Virus record (IMG/VR): IMGVR_UViG_3300028676_000005
Coordinates: 165,430-229,429 of that record
DNA length: 64,000 nt
Strand: one strand, 5' to 3'
The position numbers and the translations under genes were made by a program. Positions 1 through 8,106 of this stretch are shown here, piece by piece; the first letter of the stretch is position 1, and each line of letters opens with the position of its first letter. The notes below the pieces were generated by a model. That model was not told the DNA's origin, searched no databases, and saw nothing but the letters and a program-made list of their open reading frames with translations.

Positions 1-1079
1 ACATGCAGCATATGGAGAAGAACCACTTTAAACCGGTGGATGACACTTCGCGTCAAAAAGTTATGAATGACATTGCTAACTACTTCCACACTCCTCGCAG
101 TTGGTTGGACGTTAGTGACGATTCTAATAACTTCAAGATTGAAGCAATTACTGAACACGACATGGTTGTTAACCAAGCTGCTAACTGGCAGGATACCTTG
201 GCTGACTTCGTTGTGGACTTCATGCGTAAACATACTCGTGTAAACGAGCCTCTGTTGAACGCATTGGTCGAAGTAATTGTAAAAAACAAGAAGCTTTGGA
301 AGCCAGAAGGTAGTAAAGAAACTATCGCTGGTGATGAGGGTCAAGTTGTAAACATGTTGTTGGCTGACTTCTTTACTGCGGTTAAGGTTAGTTTCCCTAT
401 TCCGTCCAGCATTGAGTCTACTGACAAACTGAAGAACCAGTTGGAAGCTGTTGATGCACTGGTTACTAAGTGGATGGAGATTGCAAGTGGTGGGGCTATC
501 CTCACTGACATCGCTACCGGCCTTGGATTTACCGATGGCAAGGCAAGCGGTGAAACAATCCTCAAACATGTTAAAGCTTACTTTTACACCGAAGCATTTA
601 AACGTTACAACATTCCAATGCCATTTGACGATGTTGTCAATGATGGTAAGAGTGGTGGTATTGCTTCTCTGGTACATGGTATTATTCATCAGCAGGCTAA
701 CTCGCAAGAGTTCTTTGTTCAATACATGACCGAGAAACTCAAGAATGATAAATCATTCCTGAAGTCTCACAAGGCTTTGCTGGATAAGCTGCGCAGCGAC
801 ATTGATGAAGCCAGCGGCGAAGAAGAAGAAACTCAAGATGGTGGTTTAGACGGCGAGACTAGTCTGACTGGTGATGTTGAACCAGGTACTGGTGGCGATA
901 ACCTCGACGTTGATGCAGAACCTCCTGCTGAAGAAGAGGAAACTGAGGAGACTGGTGATACCAAACCAGGTACTGAAGAAGGCGAAGAAACTGGTACTGA
1001 TGAACCCGCTGACGACGGTAACTCTGGTAGCAGTGATCCAACTTCTCCAGACTACAACCCTTGGAAAGGCAAAAAATAA
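1..1079 (+). CDS. Probable portal protein, C-terminal part (phiKZ gp129-like), truncated by window start
   Basis: Frame is open from the window edge. Helical region (LKNQLEAVD...KAYFYTEAFKRYNIP) is followed by a long D/E/G/T-rich tail, and the gene sits near the gp123/MCP block as in phiKZ-like phages. Confidence 0.6.
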   Translation, partial: MQHMEKNHFKPVDDTSRQKVMNDIANYFHTPRSWLDVSDDSNNFKIEAITEHDMVVNQAANWQDTLADFVVDFMRKHTRVNEPLLNALVEVIVKNKKLWKPEGSKETIAGDEGQVVNMLLADFFTAVKVSFPIPSSIESTDKLKNQLEAVDALVTKWMEIASGGAILTDIATGLGFTDGKASGETILKHVKAYFYTEAFKRYNIPMPFDDVVNDGKSGGIASLVHGIIHQQANSQEFFVQYMTEKLKNDKSFLKSHKALLDKLRSDIDEASGEEEETQDGGLDGETSLTGDVEPGTGGDNLDVDAEPPAEEEETEETGDTKPGTEEGEETGTDEPADDGNSGSSDPTSPDYNPWKGKK

Positions 1080-1091
1080 AAGACTAGAGAC

Positions 1092-1125
1092 TACTACTCC
1101 TACCGCTTGCGCGGTAGGAGTAGTA
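1092..1125. terminator. Bidirectional intrinsic terminator-like hairpin
   Basis: 15-bp perfect stem TACTACTCCTACCGC-ttgc-GCGGTAGGAGTAGTA between convergent genes. Confidence 0.85.
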
Positions 1126-1131
1126 TATCTT

Positions 1132-2043
1132 TTATTTGTTTACGTTTGCCAGAACCCAGTGGACATTTGGCATGTCTTTGAGATCGTGCAGCTCAGTTAC
1201 GGCGATCATGCCAGGAACTTGTTCTTCGGTTGCAAACAAGATCAAAGCGCTTTCGTTGTAGCCGAACTCTTCCGGCTCGTGCATTGTTGCCAGGTTGGTG
1301 ATGAACGCCATGAAGTTCTTGGCAAACTCTTGTGCGTCGCCGAAAGCTTCTGGCCAGTTACCGGCCTGAAACACGTTGTGCAAATGACCAACCACAGTTT
1401 CTGGTTTGATAGTTGCCGTTTCGTCGGTGTATTCCAGGATATCGGTGAGTTTCACTACCATTGGAAAGGTGGTAGGGATTTCGTCACCCTGGTCGAGTTG
1501 GACTTCGGTGGCGATCTTGTTCAAACGATCGAAGTCGATCTTGTGAAACAGGGCCATTGCTTCGTCAACTTCCACCGGCGTTGGTTCGAAAGTTTTGTTG
1601 ACGTACAGGTAAGCCCAGTACTGCGTCTTGGCGCCTTGCGCGGCATTCATGCTGGCGATGGAGTCGATGACGTTGTTGGTGTTTGGTGGTGCCATGAAGA
1701 AGATGCAGTTTTCGGAGAAAGCTTCTGCTTCGTTCATGTCCAGGATGTTCAGCAGTGTCGCGGTGATACGCTCCAACAGGTTTTCCAGCCGCAGGAAGTC
1801 TTTAGGCCAGTTACCGACCCGGCGGATATCTGCAAAGGCTTGTGCGATAACAGAGACGTCCACGTAGGGATGTCCGGTGTCACCACGTTCTTTGAAAAGC
1901 AGGCGGCCAGGAATGGTAATTGGAAAACTGTTAAAACGTGGGATCTCGCCAGTGTCCAGGAACGCGTCCAGGACCGGGCGGCTGAAAGTGAATACTTTCT
2001 GGAAATCTTCTTGGGAGGCAAACTTTGGTTGTGCATTTTCCAC
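1132..2043 (-). CDS. Hypothetical protein with two tandem ~150-aa repeats
   Basis: 303 aa, GTG start with AGGAGA SD; duplicated motifs GNWPKDF/GNWPEAF and YLYVNK/LANVNK. Confidence 0.85.
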   Translation of the reverse strand: MENAQPKFASQEDFQKVFTFSRPVLDAFLDTGEIPRFNSFPITIPGRLLFKERGDTGHPYVDVSVIAQAFADIRRVGNWPKDFLRLENLLERITATLLNILDMNEAEAFSENCIFFMAPPNTNNVIDSIASMNAAQGAKTQYWAYLYVNKTFEPTPVEVDEAMALFHKIDFDRLNKIATEVQLDQGDEIPTTFPMVVKLTDILEYTDETATIKPETVVGHLHNVFQAGNWPEAFGDAQEFAKNFMAFITNLATMHEPEEFGYNESALILFATEEQVPGMIAVTELHDLKDMPNVHWVLANVNK

Positions 2044-2087
2044 GGTGTTTCTCCTGATTTAAAATCGTTGGTTTTTTACTAAAAAGA

Positions 2088-2107
2088 AAAGCCCCAGTTA
2101 GGGCTTT
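2088..2107 (-). terminator. Intrinsic terminator
   Basis: AAAGCCC-taactg-GGGCTTT followed by TCTTTTT on - strand. Confidence 0.65.
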
Positions 2108-2118
2108 CCCGGATGGGA

Positions 2119-2571
2119 CTATTTGACGTCACGAGCTTTCCAAGCGTCATAACCTTCTTTTACTTTTGCTTGCAGCTCTGCCAGCTTTTCTGGAGATACC
2201 AGATCAACTGCTTGCAGCTTACCGTCGACCAGGAAATGGACGTCGGAGATGAAGCTTGCTGTGATGATGTTGGTGGATTGGTTTTCGTTGTAGTCGAGAA
2301 TGGATTGCTCCATGGTTTTGTCAAACTTCTCAACTACACCGCCGCAGCTATCACGGCTGATATGTGGCAGGTTGAACGAGTCGACGTACATCGCGTTAAG
2401 CGAGAAGTAACGCGCATCGTGCAGGCTAACGGTGAATTCTTTATTGCCGGTAACCAGTTTAGCGAGACCGAAGATATTGCGCATACCGCCGCACGCATGG
2501 TCATCTTTGCAAGAACCGGCGGAGGTGTTTACTGCGGCCAGTACTGCTGCGAAATTGTTAACTACTTGCAT
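2119..2571 (-). CDS. Hypothetical protein (probably early)
   Basis: 150 aa, AGGAG SD, downstream of a TATATTAC promoter motif. Confidence 0.85.
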   Translation of the reverse strand: MQVVNNFAAVLAAVNTSAGSCKDDHACGGMRNIFGLAKLVTGNKEFTVSLHDARYFSLNAMYVDSFNLPHISRDSCGGVVEKFDKTMEQSILDYNENQSTNIITASFISDVHFLVDGKLQAVDLVSPEKLAELQAKVKEGYDAWKARDVK

Positions 2572-2614
2572 GATAGAACTCCTGATTAGTAATCAAATGA
2601 TTTACTGTTGTTAT

Positions 2615-2638
2615 CTACCCAAGTAATATAGACTTGAA
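2615..2638 (-). promoter_or_regulatory. Early (virion RNAP) promoter
   Basis: TTCAAGTCTATATTACTTGGGTAG contains the phiKZ early consensus TATATTAC; three related copies in window. Confidence 0.7.
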
Positions 2639-2665
2639 CCATTTCAAAAGTTAAAACAATAGTGT

Positions 2666-2701
2666 ATAACTCTACTGGCCTTTGTGGGCCAGTAGAGTTA
2701 T
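2666..2701 (-). terminator. Terminator-like hairpin
   Basis: 15-bp stem ATAACTCTACTGGCC/GGCCAGTAGAGTTAT just after stop of 2708-5059. Confidence 0.8.
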
Positions 2702-2707
2702 TTACAG

Positions 2708-5059
2708 TCAATCAGTTTTCAACAGTACCAAAGGTTTTTCGGCATTGATGTGACGCAGTGTTGCCACGTTACGATCTTCGACGCTGTAGCTGAACAGCCA
2801 CAAGTGTTCGGTGCTGCTGAAACGGATCAGGTGATCACGATAACCAGTGAGGCAATCTTCACCCTCTACTTCTACCTGCACTTCTACCAATTGGAAGAGT
2901 TCTGGAAGAACACTACGTTTGATGTACTGTGCAACGTTTGTTTCGGCATGAATCGGACCGCCGTCGTTTACAACGTTAGCGATATAGAAATCGCGAATGA
3001 AGTAAACATTGTTGTCGTCTTTCAACTTGTCAATAGCTGACATGTTTTCCGGACTTTGGATGAAGCGGTTAACTTTGTGGAACATTTTGAGGTGACTGGT
3101 AATGTAGTTGTCAGCTTCACTATCAATCAGGATGTTCCAAACCAGGGCGTCTTTGCCACGCAGGTGATCATTGAGATCCTGAATGTCGTTAACGAAGTTC
3201 TTGATCTGAAGCTTGCCGCCACCGCCCTTACCTTCAAGAGCGTTGTAACCGCAGCTGTTTACCAGCCATTGGTTAGTGACATCAGTCAAACGACCGTTGA
3301 TGAAATCGGCCAGCTTTTCTGGGATGATACCTTGTTCAAAGTAATGACGCAACAGCGCACCGGCTTCCACCAAGTTTGGACGCACATCCATTTCGCTGTC
3401 GGCGAAGAGGAATGGTAGGTCCTGGAACAATCGGGTTTTGATTTCCGGGCGTTCTACTTCGTACACGTCCCAAGAGCTGACGTCAGTGAACACGCAAGCA
3501 GCTTGGCCTTTCAGGCTGGAAGTTACTTTGTTGGTGATCAGATTGATGTCGGCGAGGATTGCACGCGAATCAGTGGACACCACTGGATCAGATACAACAA
3601 TGGCTGGAGTGCCTTTGCCGTGTTTCTTGATCAGAGGGATTTTCACTACCAGGTCTTTGTCTGCGGCTTCTTCCAAAGATACTGGAACAATCGGCGGATA
3701 CGAATCGCCGTCTGCGCGCATTTTGTCGAGCGGTGGTAACAGGAGTGCTGGGTTCTGGATGAGGATTGGCACGTCAACGTTCTCCAAACGTACTGGGTAG
3801 CTAAACCAGCCATCATTCTTTTCCAGGTCGATGACAACTACGCGATAAATGTTGTGCGCAATTGCATGTTCTTGACGCTGGTCTGGATGCCGGCGGAACA
3901 CGCGCTGAATGTACTTCCAGTCACCTTCTGCCACGTAATAGTGGTTAGTCCGGCCGGTGAACTTGAAGTAGTGGTTCAGATCGAACGTGTGTTTGTTTTG
4001 TATGTCGAGATTTTCCAGATCGTTACGGAAGTTACCCCAAGTCATATTGACCTCTTCATGTTGTGGTTGGCTAGCGGCCTGATATTGGTGTTCTTGATAA
4101 CCACCGGTGTTGAACTCTTGTGCATTACGGCGAATCATTTCAAAAGTCTTTTGCAGCTCAATGTTTTGGCTGCTTGCATCTACCTTGCGGCCTGGTGTGA
4201 ACCCAAGGAATTCTGCATATGTATCTGGATCGTTAAGTCGTGCATATTCAAGCGGTGTACTGATACGTTTTACAAAGTCAAGCTGTTGATATGGGAAAGG
4301 TGCATCAAAGAAATCCCACATGATACTGAACTGCTCTTTGAATCTGTCCAGGTTGCTAAGAATATCTTCCAGTCGCTTTGGCAACCGATTAATCCAACCT
4401 TGACCTTTCTTGGTGTAGCAAATCCAGCTAAGGAACTCCAGGAGTAGCAAATGGCTAACAGCTAACTGCACACCATTAAAATAATCCTGCTGAGTCCACT
4501 CTTCTTTATTACTGCGACGCAACTCTTCGATCAGGATATAACCAAAGATAATCATACCCTGGTTTGCCACTGTCTTGATAAACTCAGGACGACGACTTAT
4601 CTCATCTACAAAGTCTTTCTTTATTGGATCTACCGCACCGGTGATGTTGTCGAGAATAAACGAGTCACGAACGGTGATGTAGTTGTGATAGAACAGCTTT
4701 TGTTCACGACGCATCATGAAGTTAAAGAACTGCACCATCGGGTACTCTGCCTTGGAGATGTAATACTCTTGGCTACCGGCATCAATCCCCCCACCGGCCT
4801 CCAACATCCCTGCTAGCACTTCGTTAGTTTCAATACCACCAGCACCAGTACGCCAGTTAAACCCGCCTACTGGTTGTCCATTGCGCTCAGCAGCACCACC
4901 CATGATTGCGCGGATAGTGCTGCCAGGGGCCATAGCACCTGATTGTACACCTAACGGTTGTTGCCCTCCCATACCACCAATACCACGATGCTGGGCTGGC
5001 GGGTTTGCGTTGTCCAGATTTACCCCAAACTGTCTAGTAGAACGCAGTGAATCACTCAT
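2708..5059 (-). CDS. Large jumbo-phage hypothetical protein
   Basis: 783 aa ORF, G/Q-rich N-terminus, ATGA overlap with upstream nvRNAP gene. Confidence 0.85.
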   Translation of the reverse strand: MSDSLRSTRQFGVNLDNANPPAQHRGIGGMGGQQPLGVQSGAMAPGSTIRAIMGGAAERNGQPVGGFNWRTGAGGIETNEVLAGMLEAGGGIDAGSQEYYISKAEYPMVQFFNFMMRREQKLFYHNYITVRDSFILDNITGAVDPIKKDFVDEISRRPEFIKTVANQGMIIFGYILIEELRRSNKEEWTQQDYFNGVQLAVSHLLLLEFLSWICYTKKGQGWINRLPKRLEDILSNLDRFKEQFSIMWDFFDAPFPYQQLDFVKRISTPLEYARLNDPDTYAEFLGFTPGRKVDASSQNIELQKTFEMIRRNAQEFNTGGYQEHQYQAASQPQHEEVNMTWGNFRNDLENLDIQNKHTFDLNHYFKFTGRTNHYYVAEGDWKYIQRVFRRHPDQRQEHAIAHNIYRVVVIDLEKNDGWFSYPVRLENVDVPILIQNPALLLPPLDKMRADGDSYPPIVPVSLEEAADKDLVVKIPLIKKHGKGTPAIVVSDPVVSTDSRAILADINLITNKVTSSLKGQAACVFTDVSSWDVYEVERPEIKTRLFQDLPFLFADSEMDVRPNLVEAGALLRHYFEQGIIPEKLADFINGRLTDVTNQWLVNSCGYNALEGKGGGGKLQIKNFVNDIQDLNDHLRGKDALVWNILIDSEADNYITSHLKMFHKVNRFIQSPENMSAIDKLKDDNNVYFIRDFYIANVVNDGGPIHAETNVAQYIKRSVLPELFQLVEVQVEVEGEDCLTGYRDHLIRFSSTEHLWLFSYSVEDRNVATLRHINAEKPLVLLKTD

Positions 5060-6714
5060 GCAATAGTTTCTCTAAATTTAAGGCGTCTATCAAACTGTTC
5101 ATAAGCCTCCTTAAACTTAGGGTTCAAGGCGGTTACTTTTTCGTTTATCAGATAGATGCTAGGTAGGAGATAACCCCGCCCATCTGGACAGGGAGAAGAT
5201 ACCTTCAAATGGCTGTTTACAAACAGCTGCGAGGTATGGATGAATGTCGAGCTGTCATTAGCATCGAAGTCACCTTTCTTCCTGTTACGAGACGAACTAG
5301 TAAACACCTTGTCCTGAGACATGCAACCCAGCATGTAGTCCACAAACGGAACGTCAGTCGGGGTAGCTTCCTGGATAAGGTTGGTATAACGTGCGTTGTC
5401 GATTTCTTTTGCATGGAACCGACTATTCATGAAACGTGAAACTTTCTTGTGGCTTAACTCTGAATTGTTCTTAATGTCGTGCTTAAAGCTGTTGGCTGCC
5501 GTGATGAGTTTGTCCATCGTGAATTCGACACTTGCCAGCTCTTTGTGAAACATTGTCGCGCGATCTGTTGTCTGAACAATCTCACTACGGTTAGTAATGA
5601 TGTAATTGAACAGATCAAAGATATTGCTGGCCATGATGTTCTGGGCCGCAAATCGTTTGATAGAGTCGTCATCCAGATACTCGTTGATCGAGATGAAGTG
5701 ATCATTCATCAGGCGCATGATGTATTCATTTGGATCGCCTGCTTTAACCGACGTACGGCCAATCAGGAGTTTCCAGTAGCTTGGATCGTCAATCCGGGAT
5801 TCGTCAAAGTAACTTGACATGCAATCCGCCACAAACTGTAAAGACGCTGCATACTGCAACCCAAGCGTGTTCAACGTAGTACGTTTACTAGACTTGTTAC
5901 GGATTGCTACTCCGTAATCCAAACTGATGAACTCGCCCAAGAACTTGGGATTGTTCGTGCTAGACTTGGTAATGATTTCCCAGCGGTCTTTAGCCTTGCA
6001 GTCACTAACTAGAGCTTCTACCGGGCCAAGCTCGTACTCACACTCCCCAAACATATCCATTGCTTTGCTAAAGCCCATGTCTGCGAACACGTACCAGGCA
6101 AGTAGTGGAGTTGGAACATTTTTACTGGTTATCTTCCGTGAGTTGGTAGGACTGTAGAACCGGTTGCTAGCAAGGTTAATACCTGCCGTCCGATACTTGG
6201 TCTGCCCACTGAGGTCAAACACATAATCATAGTTATAATGTTCAACACCAATCTTGAATTTAAAGCCCAAGACCTTAACAAACAGAGAACCATCTTTAGC
6301 AACTGGCAAACCTTTCTCTGCCAGAACCACTTGTAAACTGTAGTGCACCCCACGCAACCAAATGTCGCCATACCTGTCACAGTACGGAAGCATGGTGTAA
6401 GCATGCATCGGGATCATCTGCCCGCCTTTATCACGATACTCAAAGTTGAGCCGGACAGGGAACAGTGTTTCTTTGTGAATGTCGTACACACGGGTGCTGC
6501 TTGCGGTCAGGTAGCGAATATATTCGCGAGGGGACACCCGTACCACATTAAGGAAGAATACGCCTCGGCTTTCGATACTCTTAAAGATAGCCTTTAGAGA
6601 GTTTTCGTAATACCGCTGCACTCCTTCAAATTCCTTTAAGTGAAACCCATCCATCAGAGTTTGGTTAAAGGGTGGATACTCCGCTTTAATTGCATCGGCT
6701 ATCAAGTGAAACAT
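5056..6714 (-). CDS. Non-virion RNA polymerase beta subunit, N-terminal part (phiKZ gp123-like)
   Basis: ~550 aa; beta-like motifs MLPYCDRYGDIWLRG and FIHTSQLF...SSPCPDGRG; two genes downstream of MCP; start moved to ATG 6714 behind GAGGTG SD. Confidence 0.8.
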   Translation of the reverse strand: MFHLIADAIKAEYPPFNQTLMDGFHLKEFEGVQRYYENSLKAIFKSIESRGVFFLNVVRVSPREYIRYLTASSTRVYDIHKETLFPVRLNFEYRDKGGQMIPMHAYTMLPYCDRYGDIWLRGVHYSLQVVLAEKGLPVAKDGSLFVKVLGFKFKIGVEHYNYDYVFDLSGQTKYRTAGINLASNRFYSPTNSRKITSKNVPTPLLAWYVFADMGFSKAMDMFGECEYELGPVEALVSDCKAKDRWEIITKSSTNNPKFLGEFISLDYGVAIRNKSSKRTTLNTLGLQYAASLQFVADCMSSYFDESRIDDPSYWKLLIGRTSVKAGDPNEYIMRLMNDHFISINEYLDDDSIKRFAAQNIMASNIFDLFNYIITNRSEIVQTTDRATMFHKELASVEFTMDKLITAANSFKHDIKNNSELSHKKVSRFMNSRFHAKEIDNARYTNLIQEATPTDVPFVDYMLGCMSQDKVFTSSSRNRKKGDFDANDSSTFIHTSQLFVNSHLKVSSPCPDGRGYLLPSIYLINEKVTALNPKFKEAYEQFDRRLKFRETIA

Positions 6715-6726
6715 GTGACACCTCAA

Positions 6727-7863
6727 TCAGGAGAAGAGGAGTTTAAATCCTGTCAAGAATATACCGACCAGGCTACCTACGCCTTTAAGTAGCTCACCCC
6801 AGCCACTCAGGTTATTATGCTTCCTGGTATGATCAAGGGTAACTTTGGCATAGAACTCTTTATTACGCATTTCAAATTTATTGCGATCTGCTTCTTCTTT
6901 GCTGCTAATTTCCGAGCGAGAAGACTTATGAGCCGCAGCAGCTGCGTCCATTCTTAGTTTCTCTAATGCGTTCTTGTGATCTTGTTTCATGAACGTCATT
7001 TGGGTATTAGCTTCGTCTAGTTGTCTCTCCAGCTTGGACAGTTTAGCTTGTGCTTCACGCAACTCTTCAGACTTGCGCTCTAGCGCTTTAGAGATGTCCT
7101 TCAACTTGCCTTCAGCTTCAACATACCGTTCGGTGTTACCACCTTTAGTAGCCTCAGCCTTGTTCATGAACACGCCAAGCTTTTCGAGGGACTCTTTGTC
7201 CAAGCCATCGAAACTGTAAAATAGAATATCTGGTGAAGTATTACCGCTGTCAACTCCAACGTAGAGTCCGGCGTTAGTACCCGCGTCATGTTCTACTGGC
7301 ACTTCAGTAGCCTTACCGCCCAGGTTTACGTAATACGGATGTTGCGTTCTACCCGGATCATTTACATAAACACAGTAATATGCCATGCGACGTTTGCCGG
7401 TTGAATCTTTTAACGCAGTAAGGACATCCCCAATTGTTGCTTTTGGAACATTCATAGGACTTCTGGAAAGATAGCCGCTTCCACGATATAAAGTCATACC
7501 TAGCATTTCACTGTGAATGTATCCACCGTCTTCTGCTAAGTCTCCTGTTAACTTAACGTAGATTACCATGTTCATTGGCATGGTAGGAAAATAGGAGGCT
7601 CCCCGCCCCTTCTCTTCTTCCAGCTTTCCTTTGAATGCTTCCATCACATATTTGTCAAACTTTGTTGTTGCCTGGTCTGGATCAAATTCAATGCAGGTTG
7701 GAATAACCCCATTCATCCTGAGAACGACGACATCGCCAGTTGGAGAGTAATCAGCTTCTTTACGACGCTTGATAATGTAACTCAATCCACCTTTTATCTT
7801 TACGACAATGTCACTCGAAGAAGATCCATTAATAACTTCGCGCTCCAGCTTGAAACTATTCAT
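6727..7863 (-). CDS. Conserved protein (phiKZ gp122-like) with C-terminal coiled coil and hydrophobic tail
   Basis: 378 aa; heptad-rich region and terminal GWGELLKGVGSLVGIFLTGFKLLFS; synteny. Confidence 0.7.
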   Translation of the reverse strand: MNSFKLEREVINGSSSSDIVVKIKGGLSYIIKRRKEADYSPTGDVVVLRMNGVIPTCIEFDPDQATTKFDKYVMEAFKGKLEEEKGRGASYFPTMPMNMVIYVKLTGDLAEDGGYIHSEMLGMTLYRGSGYLSRSPMNVPKATIGDVLTALKDSTGKRRMAYYCVYVNDPGRTQHPYYVNLGGKATEVPVEHDAGTNAGLYVGVDSGNTSPDILFYSFDGLDKESLEKLGVFMNKAEATKGGNTERYVEAEGKLKDISKALERKSEELREAQAKLSKLERQLDEANTQMTFMKQDHKNALEKLRMDAAAAAHKSSRSEISSKEEADRNKFEMRNKEFYAKVTLDHTRKHNNLSGWGELLKGVGSLVGIFLTGFKLLFS

Positions 7864-7890
7864 ATTCCAAACTACCTTTATTAGTATGTC

Positions 7891-7914
7891 CTACCTTGAT
7901 AATTTAGGTTTGAA
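7891..7914 (-). promoter_or_regulatory. Early-type promoter copy
   Basis: TTCAAACCTAAATTATCAAGGTAG, aligns with 2615-2638 and 58226-58249. Confidence 0.65.
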
Positions 7915-7940
7915 ATATTCTTTGTGATTAGCAAAATGCA

Positions 7941-7987
7941 AAAAAAAGGAATCAACTACCCCACTCCCTTTTAAAGGAGTGAGGTAG
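7941..7987 (-). terminator. Terminator of major capsid transcript
   Basis: CTACCTCACTCC...GGAGTGGGGTAG hairpin followed by T-run. Confidence 0.75.
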
Positions 7988-8016
7988 AAGAGACCAGATG
8001 CAACTAACCTAAACGC

Positions 8017-8106
8017 GCCTCATCGACAGTGTCAAGAGGGGTACTAGGCAGGCCCCTCTAACAGACCGTAGTAGGTCGATGGAAGGATGAGGCCTACGGG
8101 TTTCCC
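8017..8106 (-). other. Candidate -1 programmed frameshift signal (G_GGA_AAC plus downstream structure)
   Basis: In-frame X_XXY_YYZ heptamer at 8106-8100; structure starts 6 nt later. Confidence 0.55.

Noticed and set aside
810-1010. Repetitive GAAGAA/ACTGGT tracts
   Set aside because: Reflect the acidic low-complexity portal tail, not a DNA repeat array.
871-2082. 403-aa + strand ORF
   Set aside because: Runs across a terminator and overlaps two better-supported genes.
8058-8096. UAG readthrough or recoded stop at the MCP end
   Set aside because: A second in-frame TAG follows after 11 codons, and TAG terminates other genes normally, so the standard code applies.
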